From Squalus acanthias (Eukaryota), in assembly GCA_030390025.1 (NCBI GenBank), contig JASTWF010000331.1:124001-188000 (forward strand): 64,000 nt of DNA, in the 5' to 3' direction. How positions within the stretch are numbered: the stretch's first letter is position 1; each line of letters starts with the position of its first letter. Below, one piece after another: positions 11,690-25,300 of the stretch. The notes beneath the pieces were generated by a model, which was not told where the DNA came from, made no database searches, and saw only the letters and a list, made by a program, of their open reading frames with translations. A program made the position numbers and the translations under genes.

Positions 11690-12812
11690 CAGTGCTTGTA
11701 CCGGCTCTTTGAAAAGATGTCCAAACTAGTCCCACACCTCAGCTTTTTCCAGATAACCCTGCAAATTCATCCTCTTCAAGTACAGGTCCAATTGCCTTTT
11801 TGAAAGTTCCCACGGAATTTGTTTACATCAGTTTTTCAGGTGGTGCATTTCAGATCTTAAAACTCTGTACAACAAATTCTCCTCATTTTCCCTCCAGTTC
11901 TTTTGCCAATTATTTTAAAACTGTGACCATTCGTTAACACCCCACTTGCCAGAGGAAATATTTCTTCCTATTTGCTCCAACAAAAACCCTCATAATCTGG
12001 AAGATCTTTATTAGCTCTTCCCTTAACCTTCTCTGCTCTAAAGGCAACAATCCCAGCTACTCCAATCTCTCCAAATAAGTGAAGTCCGTCATCCCTGGTA
12101 TCATCCTGGTAAACCACCTCTGTACCCTCTCCATGGCCTTGTCTTCCTTCTTAAAGTGCCCAGAATTGTACACAGTAGTCCAGCCTAACCAGTGATTTGT
12201 AATGTGTTAGCATTGACCTCCTTATTTTTCTGTTCAATGCCCCATTTACAAAGCAGAATCTCCCACGCACTATCTTAAAAGCCTTATCAACTTACCCTGC
12301 CACCTTCAAGAATTTGTGAATCTGCACCCCCAGATCCCTCTGCTATTGCACCCCCTCAAAATACTACAGTCAAATCTGTTCACACTGATCTGCATTAAAT
12401 AGCATCTGCCATGTGTCTGCCCATTTCACCAGACTGTCTGTGTCTTTCTAAAGTCTGCTACTATCCAGCTCACCATTTACAAGAGTCAATCTTTGTATCA
12501 TCAGCAAACATCGAAGGTCCACTCCCTGTACCGAAGTCCAGGTCATTTAAAATATTAAAAAAACAAAGGCCCCAATTCCGACCCCTGGATGACCCAATGC
12601 ATCCTTCTCTCCAGTCAGAAACATCTGTTCACCACTACTCTCTGCCTCCTCTCACTCAGACAATTACAAACCCAATTTAACACCGTCACTTTAATACCAT
12701 GAGTGTCTATTTTCCAAACAAGTCGGTTATGTGGCTCTTTAGCAAATGGATTTTGAAAGTCCAAATATAAATCTACAGCACTCCCTTCATCAACCCTCTC
12801 TGTTACTTCATT
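11690..12812 (-). mobile_element. Old degenerate CR1 RT/3' fragment
   Basis: VDEGSAVDLYLDFQNPFAKEPHNRL...RRQRVVVN. Paralogs at ~26990-28102 (-) and ~46893-48000 (+). Confidence 0.85.
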
Positions 12813-12954
12813 TACAATAAAACACACACAAGATTCACTGTGACTGTGTTTAGAGACAGAAACGGATCTCACTTCACATTCCAATGCACAGCCTCATGCT
12901 GGATAATTGTGCTTGGAGGTCAGACTCTCCCACTCTCATTCTCACCAATACCTG

Positions 12955-13304
12955 TCTCCAGGAGCAGTGTGTATCTGAGTCAATGGGGCTCTCTCTGACC
13001 TTTCTCCCCGGTCCATCTCCAGGACCAGTGTGTGTCTGAGTCAATGGGACTCTCTCTGACCTTTCTCCCCAGTCCATCTCCAGGACCAGTGTGTATCTGA
13101 GTCAATGGGACTCTCGCTGACCTTTCTCCCCAGTCCATCTCCAGGACCAGTGTGTATCTGAGTCAATGGGACTCTCGCTGACCTTTCTCCCCAGTCCATC
13201 TCCAGGACCAGTGTGTATCTGAGTCAATGGGACTCTCTCTGACCTTTCTCCCCAGTCCATCTCCAGGACCAGTGTGTATCTGAGTCAATGGGACTCTCTC
13301 TCAC
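12955..13304. repeat. 61-bp minisatellite, ~6 copies
   Basis: Unit CCAGGACCAGTGTGTATCTGAGTCAATGGGACTCTCTCTGACCTTTCTCCCCAGTCCATCT. Confidence 0.95.
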
Positions 13305-13471
13305 CTTGCTTCGCAGTCGATCTCTGGAAGCTCTTTGAATCGGAAGGGTTTTCTCTGGTTGGTGTTCTCACAATCCTGTGCTGGTTCACCTGCTGTTGTT
13401 CCTCAGTCTACAATCCCTGTTTAATTCCAGTTGTGCACCTCTATCAATCACTCTGTCATTCACCGGGGGAT
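13305..13471 (-). other. Candidate non-coding exon (167 nt), copy 2
   Basis: TAATTAG acceptor and AAG|GTGAGA donor on the - strand. Confidence 0.55.
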
Positions 13472-13679
13472 CTAATTACGGCAGAGCAGAAAATGAGAAC
13501 AATATTGAAAGCGTGAAATAATTTAATGTCGTCTTTTTACCTGCTTACTAAAAATTCAATTTCAAGGCCGAGTATTTCTGTTTGTTTTTGTCCCTTTCCT
13601 CAGATCGCCAGCTGTTCGTTTTGTTCGGAGATTTTCCTCACAGTAAATTTTCGGCCGCCTGAACCTTCCCCATTTTCAC

Positions 13680-14270
13680 AGCTCTGGGCGGAAATGCGCC
13701 ATTTTCTGTCCAAACTGCCTGAAGCCACCGCGCCCTCCACCCCCGGCCCAGCCCCTGTATTGTGAGCCGGTTCAGCTCATTCCCCGGGAGCTGATGCTGA
13801 CAGGAATCTCCCCTCCGCCCCTCCGCTGAGTTACTAACCGGTTCTGTTGCACTTTAACCTGTGATATAAAACATTAAAATTGAGACTTCCGCATTTTCTC
13901 TGCTGCAGAAGGAAATGCGCCATTTTCTCTGCGGTTACTAACCGGAGTGAGAGACTGTGAAGCCCCTCCGCCCCTCGCTGTGATCGAAACTCTGGGCCGT
14001 GAGCTGAATGGAGCCGAGTTCCCTCAGTCACAGAGCGCGGCCCCTGTAACCCGGGCAACCATCCTGTTTCTGACCGTCACTCACACACCGGCCCGCGCGA
14101 CCGGCCCGGCACACAGCAAACCCCGCCCACTGCACATTCCCGGATCAGCAAGGGAGCGCCACTGCGCCTGCGCGGGAGGGCAAGGCAGCGGCACTGCGCC
14201 TGCGCGGGAGAGAAATGCAACTCTGATATTTCAGGCTGACTGTGACATCACTGCGCCTGCGTGATATTTC
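13680..14270 (-). promoter_or_regulatory. Promoter / first-exon cassette P2
   Basis: Same YY1/ETS-like motifs, CGGTTACTAACCG (13932-13944), GC box and NRF1-like motifs. Confidence 0.6.
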
Positions 14271-14449
14271 CCCCTCAGCCTCCCTGTGTGAAAGCCGGGC
14301 TGGTGTTTGCTGCGGCTGCGCGGAGGGTCGCTCTCGCTGCTTTTCTCTCGCGGTCTCGTTTCTCCCTGGAGAGGGAGCAGGCTTTTAATTCATCACAACT
14401 CAATCATCATGGCCTTCCTCAGACTGAGGCAGAGGGACTGGGATGTCTT

Positions 14450-16440
14450 TTCACTGCGCTCCTGGGAAAAAGCAGACAGCGGGAATGTTCACTACAGCAC
14501 CCCCAGTGGTGGGAGGAATACATCTGAACACAGCGACAGGAGGAGGCCATTCAGCCCCTTCAGACTGTTCCACCATTGCTGTAGATCATGGCTGATCTGG
14601 GTCTTCAGTCACTGCATCCGCCGTGGTTCGTTAACACTTAATGCCCAACAAACATCTATTAATCTCAGTTTTGAAATTTTGAATTGACCGAGCCTCAACA
14701 GCTTTTAGGGGGCAAGTGTTCCAGATTTCCACTATCCTTTTTGTGAAGAAATACTTTCTGACATCATTAGAGCTTAGCTCTAATTTGAAGGTTATGCCTC
14801 ATTGTTCAAGACTCCTCTGCCAGAGGAAATAATTTCTCTCTATCCACCCGACCGAATGGTTTAATCACCTTAAACACCTCAATTAGATCACCACTTCATC
14901 TTCTAGGGAATACAAATCCTCGTCTGTGAAAACTGTCCTCATAATTGAACACTTTTATCTCCGGTGTCATTCCAATGATCCTGCGCAGCATCCCCTCCAA
15001 GACCAATATATCTTCCGAGGGGCGATGCCCAGAACTGAATAACGTGGATCAATATTCTCTATTCAAAATGTATTGAGACAGATTTTATCAAATTTAGAAC
15101 AATGCGTAATAAACAACAGCAAGTGGAAATCTTGCGAATTATATGTATCTATATTACCCACTGCTCACGAACAGCAGGAACCTATTCCGAGATTGCCGAT
15201 TACATAGACTGCAGTTTACACTGAACGTTTCACCGTCCTTCAGATATAAATTGGAGACAAGGCCTCTTGTGCAGAGATCCAACAGATTGTTACCCTGGAA
15301 ATAGAGGAACTCGATTGCCGAATATAACTGAACACAGAAATAACAAAACCAACATCGCATGATTGAAGTTTAGTTCAGAGCATTAACCCATAACATTCAG
15401 CCAGTGTTTGTAACCATGAAGCTGCGGTTCCAAGAAAGGATTTTTTACTCCTCCAGACCTGACACTGCAGATTTACTAAATCCAGCGCTAGTTTCCTCTG
15501 TACAGAAGATTAAACAGTAGAAGTGGTGGTCTGCAGAAGTACATCAATAAAATAGTCACATTGCTGGAAATACAAACCGTCTGCTCTGTAAATCTGATTG
15601 TCTTAAACCATCTATATCTGTTACTGTTAACAGTGACCATTTACATTAGACAATACTGAATCTGACGCCGAAATATCCGATCGTCACCGTTGTACATCTG
15701 AAATGTTACAACATTTCGGTAAAGGACAATTCTGGAAACTCCAGTCAGTCTTTGAAGAGCTGAAACATGATGTTTCTGGCTCCACGATAATCAGGGGATT
15801 GTGTCGAACGAGCCGGGAAAGGAATCTAGAAAATATCGGGACAAACACCTCTCTCAGTTTAATAAACAGAACCCTCAGCCAAGGAACGGAGCTAGATCAG
15901 GTGACCACACTAAATAATAAGTTGGGAGCAATTTTACAAATCTTTATTAAAATATAAGATTTATGTTATCATTTATCACCAGTTTATGAAGAAATGAATC
16001 ATTTAATTCAACTGCAATTGTGAAATCCAGCAAAAGATTCTGAGAGTAAATACATTTTTCTAAAACCCAGCATCCAGTTCAGAATTGTAAGACTTTAGAG
16101 AGTTGAGTATGAAATATATTTGATGTCTGGTACCACCTTAACAGGCAGTGTAATATCGATATCATGGCCACCATAAAGGTCGGTTCCTTCTGAGTTGGTG
16201 CTGGGGGCGAGATAGTTAATGTCTTCTGGCCTCGGCCTCAGACTGGAGTCACCTCTTAGATCAAACCCCTTTACTCTAAAACACACACAGGATTCACTTG
16301 TGACTCTGTGTTTAGAGACAGAAACTGATCTCACTTCACATCCCATTGCACGGCCTCATGCTGGATAATTGTGCTCAGTGGTCACTCCCCCAGTCTCATT
16401 CTCACCGTTTCATGCCTTAGCTTGTAACTTTTGTATACGG
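14450..16440. repeat. Diverged, TE-poor paralog (D) of the amplicon core
   Basis: Colinear with 2560-4810 plus 11500-11660 plus 12815-12950, but lacks the pLTR, Penelope and CR1 insertions. Confidence 0.85.
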
Positions 16441-16445
16441 TCTAC

Positions 16446-18602
16446 TGGACCAGTGTGTATCTAAGTCAATGGGACGCTCTCTGACCTTTCTCCCCGGTCC
16501 ACCTGCAGGACCAGTGGGTATCTGAGTCAATGGGACTCTCTGACCTTTCTCCCCAGTCCATCTCCAGGACCAGTGTGTATCTGAGTCAATGGGACTCTCT
16601 CTGACCTTTCTCCCCGGTCCATCTCCAGGACCAGTGTGTAACTGATTCAATGGGACTCTCTCTGACCTTTCTCCCCAGTCCATCTCCAGGACCAGTGTGT
16701 ATCTGAGTCAATGGGACTCGCTGACCATTCTCCCCAGTCCATCTCCAGGACTAGTGTGTATCTGAGTCAATGGGACTCTCTCTGACCTTTCTCCCCGGTC
16801 CATCTCCAGGACCAGTGTGTATCTGAGTCAATGGGACTCTCTCTGACCTTTCTCCCCGGTCCATCTCCAGGACCAGTGTGTAGCTGAGTCAATGGGACTC
16901 TCTGACCTTTCTCCCCGGTCCATCTCCAGGACCACTGTGTAGCTGAGTCAATGGGACTCTCTCGGACCTTTCTCCCCTGTCCATCTCCAGGACCAGTGTA
17001 TATCTGAGTCAATGGGACTCTCTCTGACCTTTCTCCCCAGTCCATCTCCAGGACCAGTGTGTATCTGAGTCAACGGGACGCTCTCTGACCTTTCTCCCCA
17101 GTCCATCTCCAGGACCCATGTGTATCTGAGTCAATGGGATTCTCTGAACTTTCTCCCCAGTCCATCTCCAGGACCAGTGTGTATCTGAGTCAATGGGACT
17201 CTCTGACCTTGCTCCCCAGTCCATCTCCAGGAGCAGTGTGTATCTGAGTCAATGGGACTCTCTGACCTTTCTCCCCAGTCCATCTCCAGGACCAGTGTGT
17301 ATCTGAGTCAATGGGACTCTCTCTGACCTTTCTCCCCGGTCCATCTCCAGGACCAGTGTGTATCTGAGTCAATGGGACTCTCTCTGACCTTTCTCCCCAG
17401 TCCATCTCCAGGACCCATGTGTATCTGAGTCAATGGGACTCTCTGACCTTGCTCCCCAGTCCATCTCCAGGACCAGTGTGTATCTGAGTCAATGGGTGTC
17501 TCTCTGAGCTTTCTCCCCAGTCCATCTCCAGGACCAGTGGGTATCTGAGACAATGGGACTCTCTCTGACCTTTCTCCCCAGTCCACCTCCAGGACCAGAG
17601 TGTATATGAGTCAATGGGACTCTCTGACCTTGCTCCCCAGTCCATCTCCAGGACCAGTGTGTATCTGAGTCAATGGGTGTCTCTCTGACCTTTCTCCCCA
17701 GTCCATCTCCAGGACCAGTGTGTATCTGAGTCAATGGGACTCTCTCTGACCTTTCTCCCCAGTCCATCTCCAGGGTCAGTGGGTATCTGAGACAATGGGA
17801 CTCTCTCTGACCTTTCTCCCCAGTCCATCTCCAGGACCAGTGTGTATCTGAGTCAATGGGACTCTCTCTGACCTTTCTCCCCATTCCATCTCCAGGGTCA
17901 GTGTGTATCTGAGTCAATGAGACTCTCTCTGATCTTTCTCCCCTGTCCATCTCCAGGACCAGTGTGTATCTGAGTCAATGGGACTCTCTCTGACCTTTCT
18001 CCCCATTCCATCTCCAGGGTCAGTGTGTATCTGAGTCAATGGGACTCTCTCTGTCCTTTCTCCCAAGTCCATCTCCAGGACCAGTGTGTATCTGAGTCAA
18101 TGGGACTCTCTCTGACCTTTCTCCCCAGTCCACCTCCAGGACCAGAGTGTATATAAGTCAATGGGACTCTCTGACCTTGCTCCCCAGTCCATCTCCAGGA
18201 CCAGTGTGTATCTGAGTCAATGGGTGTCTCCCTGACCTTTCTCCCCAGTCCATCTCCAGGACCAGTGTGTATCTGAGTCAATGGGACTCTCTCTGACCTT
18301 TCTCCCCATTCCATCTCCAGGGTCAGTGTGTATCTGAGTCAATGGGACTCTCTCTGATCTTTCTCCCCTGTCCATCTCCAGGACCAGTGTGTATCTGAGT
18401 CAATGGGACTCTCTCTGACCTTTCTCCCCATTCCATCTCCAGGGTCAGTGTGTATCTGAGTCAATGGGACTCTCTCTGTCCTTTCTCCCAAGTCTATCTC
18501 CAGGACCAGTGTGTATCTGAGTCAATGGGACTCTCTCTGTCCTTTCTCCCAAGTCCATCTCCAGGACCAGTGTGTATCTGAGTCAATGGGACTTTCTCTT
18601 AC
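16446..18602. repeat. 59-61-bp minisatellite, ~36 copies
   Basis: Same unit as 12955-13304. Confidence 0.95.
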
Positions 18603-18769
18603 CTTTCTCCCCAGTCCATCTCTCGAAGCTCAATGAATCCGAAGGGTTCTCTCTGGTTGCTGCTCTCACAATCCTGTGCTGATTCGCCTGCTGTTATTCC
18701 TCAGTCTACAATCCCTGTTTACTTCGAGCTATGGACGTTCCTCAATCACTCCGTCACTCACCGGGAGAC
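18603..18769 (-). other. Candidate non-coding exon (167 nt), copy 3 (most diverged)
   Basis: TAATTAG acceptor and AAG|GTAAGA donor retained despite many internal substitutions. Confidence 0.55.
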
Positions 18770-19342
18770 CTAATTATGGCAGGGCAGAAAATGAGAACAA
18801 TATTGACGGTGTGAAGTAGAATCTCACGTACCAACCACAGACATATAATTAATTTACTCGATATTGTATCCTCCATTTCCCCAGAGAAGGGTCTGTCCTG
18901 TGCTCGTTAACTCCCCACAGCTGCACCGTTCATTTCCCAACACACCCCATCCCATTACTTGAAATTACTAGTCAGTTATACCGAGTTCCCTGTTTTAACT
19001 GAAAGTTATTCCTTCCCTGACCCGCTCTCAGTCACACAACCCATATTTATTATACACACAGCTCAGTTCTGCCCAGTTGAATACTGCGGTTTATGACACT
19101 GTCTCTCTACAGATTCCAGCAGGAAATCCATTACTGAATCTTACACTCTATCACGGATTGCAGAGATAACAGTGGGACCAATTACTCTCGGGATACTCTG
19201 CCTCTTATTATTCAGGTTCAAGTACGACCCTTCGATGATATCACTTCACTCAATTCCCAGACCCGCCCCCCTGATTTCCTGAAAATCCCCAGAATAAGGC
19301 CATTTTCTTCCTATGCATTAGACAAACCAGCACCGTTTGAAT

Positions 19343-19728
19343 TCACTGGGCCCATCCTCCCCGGGTTACACACTGTCTGATGTCACTGGGACCCATCCTC
19401 CCCGGGTTACACACTGTCTGATCTCACTGGGCCCATCCTCCCCGGGTTACACACTGTCTGATCTCACTGGGCCCATCCTCCCCGGGTTACACACTGTCTG
19501 ATCTCACTGGGCCCATTATCCCCGGGTTACACACTGTCTGATGTCACTGGGCCCATTCTCCCAGGGTTACACACTGTCTGATCTCACTGGGCCCATCATC
19601 CCCGGGTTACATACGGTCTGATCTCACTGGGCCCATCCTCCCCATGTTACACACTGTCTGATCTCACTGGGCCCATCCTCCCCGGGTTACACACTGTCTG
19701 ATCTCACTGGGTCCATCCTCCCCGGGTT
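19343..19728. repeat. 40-bp minisatellite, ~10 copies
   Basis: Unit ATCTCACTGGGCCCATCCTCCCCGGGTTACACACTGTCTG, the reverse complement of the unit at 55455-57845. Confidence 0.95.
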
Positions 19729-20060
19729 AGAACTCAGACTCCCCCATTTTCACTGCTCTGGGCGGAAATGCGCCACTTTCTCTGCGGTTACTAACCGGAG
19801 TGTGAGACTGTGAAGCCCCTCCGTCCCTCGCTGTGATCTAAACTCTGGTACGTGAGCTGAATGGAGCCGAGTTCCCTCAGTCACAGAGCAAGGCCCCTGT
19901 AACCCGGGCAACCGTCCTGTTTCTGACCGTCACTCACACACCGGCCCGTGCCGTCCGGCCCGGCCCGGCACACTGCAAACCCCGGATCAGCAAGGGCGCG
20001 GCACTGCGCCTGCGCGGGAGGGCAAGGGCGCGGCACTGCGCCTGCGCGGGAAGGTAATGC
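19729..20060 (-). promoter_or_regulatory. Promoter / first-exon cassette P3 (short version)
   Basis: CGGTTACTAACCG at 19785-19797 and two NRF1-like sites. No GC-box array. Confidence 0.55.
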
Positions 20061-21696
20061 CGCACGAACGCACCACTATCGCTCCCCCAGTGGTGGGAGG
20101 TCTTCATCGGAACATAGCAACAGGAGGCGGCCATTCATTCCGTCCTGTCTGTTCCACCATTCATTAAGACCATGGCTGATCTGTGTCTTAGCCCCATGGA
20201 CCTGCCTTGGTTCCCTCACCCTTAATGCCCAACAAATCTCTATTAATACAATAGCAAAATACTGTAGATGTTGAAATCCAAAATAACAGAAAATGCTGGA
20301 AACACTAAGCAGCTCAGGCACCATCCGTGGAGAGAAAAACGTCTATTCATCTCAGTTTAGACATTTTCAATTGACCGCCCAGCATCACCAGCTTTTTTTG
20401 GGGGGGGGGTGGAAGATTTCCAGATTTCCAATCCCCTTTGAGTGAAGAAATGCTTTCCGCCACCCAAACGGAACCACAGAAGTACCTGAACAAAATTGCA
20501 GGGCTACGGAGAAAGGGCGGGTGATTGAGCTGAAGTGATCTTGCAGAGAGCCGGCATGGGCTGGCCGGGCCGAATGGCCTTCTACTGTGTCATGACGATT
20601 ATTCTATGATTCTATCACCGTTTAACGGCCGAGCTCTAATCTGAAGTTTATGCCTCATTGTTCAGGACTCCCGCACCAGAGGAAAAATAGTTTTTCGCTA
20701 TCTATCCTGTCAACTCCTTTAATCATCTTAAACACCTCAATTACATCACCCCTTGATCTTCTATATTCAAGGGAATACAAGCCTAGTCTTTGCAACCTGT
20801 CCTCATAATTTAACCCTTTTAGCTCAGGTTATCACTCCAATGAATCCCCTCTGCATCCCCTCCAAGGACAACATCTCTTTCCTGAGGGGCGGTGCCCAGA
20901 ACTGAATAACATGTGGAACAATATTCCCAACTCAAAATATATTGTGACAGAGGTTATCAAATTTAATAAAGAACTGTTACTAAACCATGGCAAGAGGAAG
21001 TCTTCCGAATTCTATGTATCTACATAACCTACTGCTCAGAAACAACAGGTTCCTACTCCTGGACTGCCGAGTACACAGACAGGAGTTTACACTGAATGTT
21101 TGACGGTCTTTCGGATATAAATTGGAGCCAAGGCCTCTTGTGCTGAGATCTGACAGATTGTTACTCTGGCAACAGAGGAAATCACCCACCGAAAATAACT
21201 GAAAACGGAAATAACAAAACCAACATCACATGTTCTGAGTTTAGTGAAGAACATTAACCCTGAACATTCAGACAGTGTTTCTAACCATGAAACTGCGATT
21301 CCAATAATGGATTTTTTACACCACCAGACCTGACACTGCGGGTTTACTGAATCCACCGTCAGTTCCAGTTGTACAGAACATTAAGCAGCGCCACATCTAC
21401 AGAAATACATCAATAAAATAGTCACTTTGTTGGAGATAGACCCCGTTACCCCTGAAAATCAGATTGTCTTAAACCATCTAAATCTGTTCCTGTTATCGAA
21501 TTGTATGTATCTATACACCTGGATCATGGGACCAACAAGAAACTTTTTTCTGACAACACGAAATAATTTTACGAATAATCATTAAAATATAAGATTTATG
21601 TATCAGTTTATACTTAAACAATAATCATTTAATTCAACTGCCATCATGAAATTCAGAAATAGATTTACTGATAGAAAATAACTCAGTAAATCCAGC

Positions 21697-22366
21697 TGCT
21701 CACCATGTGGTCTCCTCTGCATTGGGGAGACCAAACGCTGATTGGGTGACCGCTTTGCGGAACACCTCCGTTCAGTCCGTAAGGGGGACCCCGACCTTCC
21801 GGTCGCTTGTCATTTTAATTCACCTCTCCATTCCCACTCAGACCTCAGTGTCCTCGGCCTCGTGCATTGTTCCACGGAAGCTCAGCGTAAGCTCGAGGAA
21901 CAGCACCTCATCTTTTGTTTAGGCACTTTACAGCCTTCCGGACTCAATATCGAGTTGAACAATTTCAGATCATAACCTCGGTCCCCACCACATATATATA
22001 TACATTTTATCCACCCTTTTGGTTCGTGCCTTTTTCCTTTTTTCTCTCTCTCTCCCCCTACGGCAACTGTCTCTCATTCTGCCAGCATTTCACACTTCAC
22101 CTTTTGTTTCTTAACCTGTCCCATTACCATCTCATCTTGCCTTGAGCATCTCTTAATGTCTCTACTTACCATAGTTATCCCCCCCTCCCCCTTGCATATT
22201 TATCGGTTTCATTTCCTGCTCTTTTCTCAGTTCTGACGAAGGGTTTCGACCTGAAACGTTAACTCTGTTTTTCTCTCCACGGATGTTGCCTGGCCTGCTG
22301 AGTTTTTCCAGCGTTTTCTGTTGTTGTTTCAATTTTCCAGCATCCGCAGTATTTTGCTATTGTATA
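21697..22366 (+). mobile_element. 5'-truncated Penelope-like retroelement (GIY-YIG endonuclease C-terminus plus pLTR)
   Basis: DRFAEHLRSVRKGDPDLPVACHFNSP...RKLEEQHLIFCLGTLQPSGLNIE is typical of the PLE endonuclease end. TSD AGTAAATCCAGC at 21685-21696 and 22367-22378. Confidence 0.9.
22229..22264 (+). ncRNA. Minimal hammerhead ribozyme motif
   Basis: AGTT-CTGACGA-AGGGTTTCGACCT-GAAA-CGTT-AACT, downstream of the GIY-YIG ORF. Confidence 0.7.
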
Positions 22367-22399
22367 AGTAAATCCAGCGTCCAGTTCAGAATTGTAATT

Positions 22400-25300
22400 C
22401 ACAACTGAGTGCAGTTTGTCACAGAGTGCAGCTTGGAAAAGAATGTAAACCTGCGGGTTTGGTGAGAAAGGGAGTTAGGCGAGGAGGGGAGGGAGGTGCT
22501 CCTTTCTTTTTCTATCTTTGTCAGCCTCCAGGGGAGCAGAAGCTAAAAAGCTGCACGAGAGGGGACAGAGAACCAGTGGGAGTTCGGCTCTGTGAAACCC
22601 CCCAACCGCAATTAGAGAAAAAATAAAAGGGAAAAGGGTAAGTGATTGGTTGGTGAGTATTTTGCTCACTTCTCCTATCTTTTAAACCCCAGGAAATGTA
22701 TTAGTAATTGCAAGGTTTCATTAGTATTAGTAAAGTTTACTAGCAGTAATAAATCGGATTGGGTGTACTGGGTTATAAAATAAATAAATTAAGACTCAAT
22801 AAAGATGGCAGGGCAGGTGGTGTGTTGCGACTGCAGTTTGTGGGAGCTCCTGGACGCCAGTGTGATCCAGGACGAACACGTCTGCGGTAAGTGTCTGCGG
22901 CTTGAGGAGCTTCGGCTCAGAGTTGATGAGCTGGAGGCCGAGCTGCGGACTCTGCGATGCATCAGGGAGGGGGAATGTTACCTGGACACTTTATTCCAGG
23001 AGGCAGTCACACCCCTTAGGATAGGGTCTTCGGATTTAGTCAGTGGTCAGGGACAGGAGGATGTGACTGCGAGTGAGGCAGGTATGGGGACCCAGGAGGT
23101 GGAGGAGCCTCAGCAATTGTCCAACAGGTTTGAGGTTCTTGTGGCCTGTATGGATGAAAGCAGTGGCTGCAGGGTGGATGAGCAAATTGACCATGGAACC
23201 GAAGTACAGGAAGTGATTCAAGCGGGGGGAGTTAATAGCAATGTAGTGGTAATTGGGTTCAGCATAGTCAGGGGGATAGATACAGTTCTCTGCGGCCAAG
23301 AGCGAGAGTCCAGATGGCTGTGTTGCCTGCCCGGTGCCAGGGTTCAGGACATCTGCTCTGGGCTGGAGCGGAACTTGCAGTGGGAGGGGGAGGAGCCACT
23401 GGTCGTGGTCCATGTAGGTACCAACGACACAGTAAGAACTAGGAAAGAGGTTCTGCTGAGAGAGTATGAGCAGCTAGGGGCTAAATTAAAAAGCAGAACC
23501 TCCAGGGTAATAATTTCTGCATTATTACCTGAGCCACGAGCAAATTGGCATAGGATAAATAAAATTAGAGAGATGAATGCGTGGCTCAAAGACTGGTGTG
23601 GGAGAAATGCGTTTCGATTCCTGGGGCACTGGCACCATACTGGGGAAAGTGGGATCTGTATCGTTGGGACGGTCTTCACCTGAACCATGCTGGGACCAGT
23701 GTTCTGGCGTGTCATATAACTGGGGCGGTAGAGAGGGTTTTAAACTAAATAGTGGGGGCAAGGGATCAAATTTGGGAAGATGTGGTAAATCAAAGAGTAG
23801 AGACAAGGCAAGAGAGAAAGGTATTAATATGGGAAATGATAAACAGACCGTGACAGGAAGGGATAGAGAGCACAAATCTGAGTAAATCAACAGTTATGGC
23901 TAGAGGTTACAAAAATAAGAAAAGGACAAAACTAAAGGCTCTGCATTTGTATGCACGTAGCATTCAAAACAAAACAGATGAACTGATCGCGCAAATAGGA
24001 AAAAATAAGAACGATCTAATAGACATTACAGAAACATGGCTGCAGGATGACATAGATTGGGACCTGAATATTGAAGGGTACATGACATTTAGGAAGGACA
24101 GGAAGGTGGGAAAAGGTCGAGGGGTGGCACTGTTAATTAATGATGATATTAGCACAATAGAGAGGGATGACCCAAGTTCAGGAAACCAGGATATAGAAGC
24201 GGTTTGGGTAGAGATGAGAAATGATAAAGGCAAGAAGTCACTTGTGAGAGTGGTGTACAGGCCCCCTAACAGTAAACACACGGTAGGATGGAGTATAAAG
24301 GAAGAAATAATGGGAGCTTGTCAGAAAGGTATGGCAATAATCATGGGGGATTTAATCTATATATAGACCGGAAAAATCAGATGTGCAAAGGTAGCCTAAA
24401 TGAGGAGTTCATAGACTGTTTTCTGGATAGTTTCTTACAACAGCACGTTCTGGAGCCAACCAGAGAGCAGGCTATACAGGACCTGGTATTGTGCAACGAG
24501 ATAGGATTAATGAAAGACCTCACAGTGAAGGCGCCCCTAGGTAGCAGCGATCATAATATGATTGAATTTTACCTTCAGTTTGAGGGAGAGAAGAGTGGGT
24601 CCAAGACTAGTATTTTAAACGTAAATAAGGGCAATTATGAGGGCATGAAAGCAGAGCTCGTTGAAGTGAACTGGCAAATTAGGTTAAGGGATCGCTCAAT
24701 AGAGTTGCAGTGGCAGACATTTAAGGGGATATTTCAGAATAAACAGAATATATACATTCCAACGAGAAAGAAAAATTCCAAGGGGAGGACCCACCAACCC
24801 TGGTTAATTAAAAAAGTTAAAGATAGTATCCAGCTTAAAGAAAAAGCATATAATTGCGCAAAGATGGGTGGCAGGTCAGAAGATTGGACAGAATATAAAA
24901 AACAGCAAAGAGTGACTAAAAGATTAAGAAGAGGAGAAAAATTAGAGTACGAGAGAAAGCTAGCTAGAAATATAAAAACAGATAGTAAGAGTTTCTAAGA
25001 TATTTGATAAAGAATAGATTTAACAAAGTGAGCATTGGTCCAATAAAGAGAGTCTGGGGAATTAATAATGGAAAATAAGGAGATGGCAGTTGAATTTAAC
25101 AAGTATTTTGCATCGGTCTTCACGATAGAGGATACAAGTAACATTCCAGAAATAGCTGGAAATCAGGAAATGGAAGGGAGGGAGGAACTGAAGAAAATTA
25201 TAATCACCAGGGAAGTGGTACTGAGCAAATTGTTGGAGCTGCGGGCTGACAAGGCCTGATGGACTTCATCCTAGGGTCTTAAAAGAAGTGGCTAGTGAGA

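Noticed and set aside
16446..18602. C2H2 zinc-finger-like words (IHTG, TGEK) in 61-bp repeat translations
   Set aside because: No CxxC/HxxxH pattern, the unit is not a multiple of 3, and stops are frequent.
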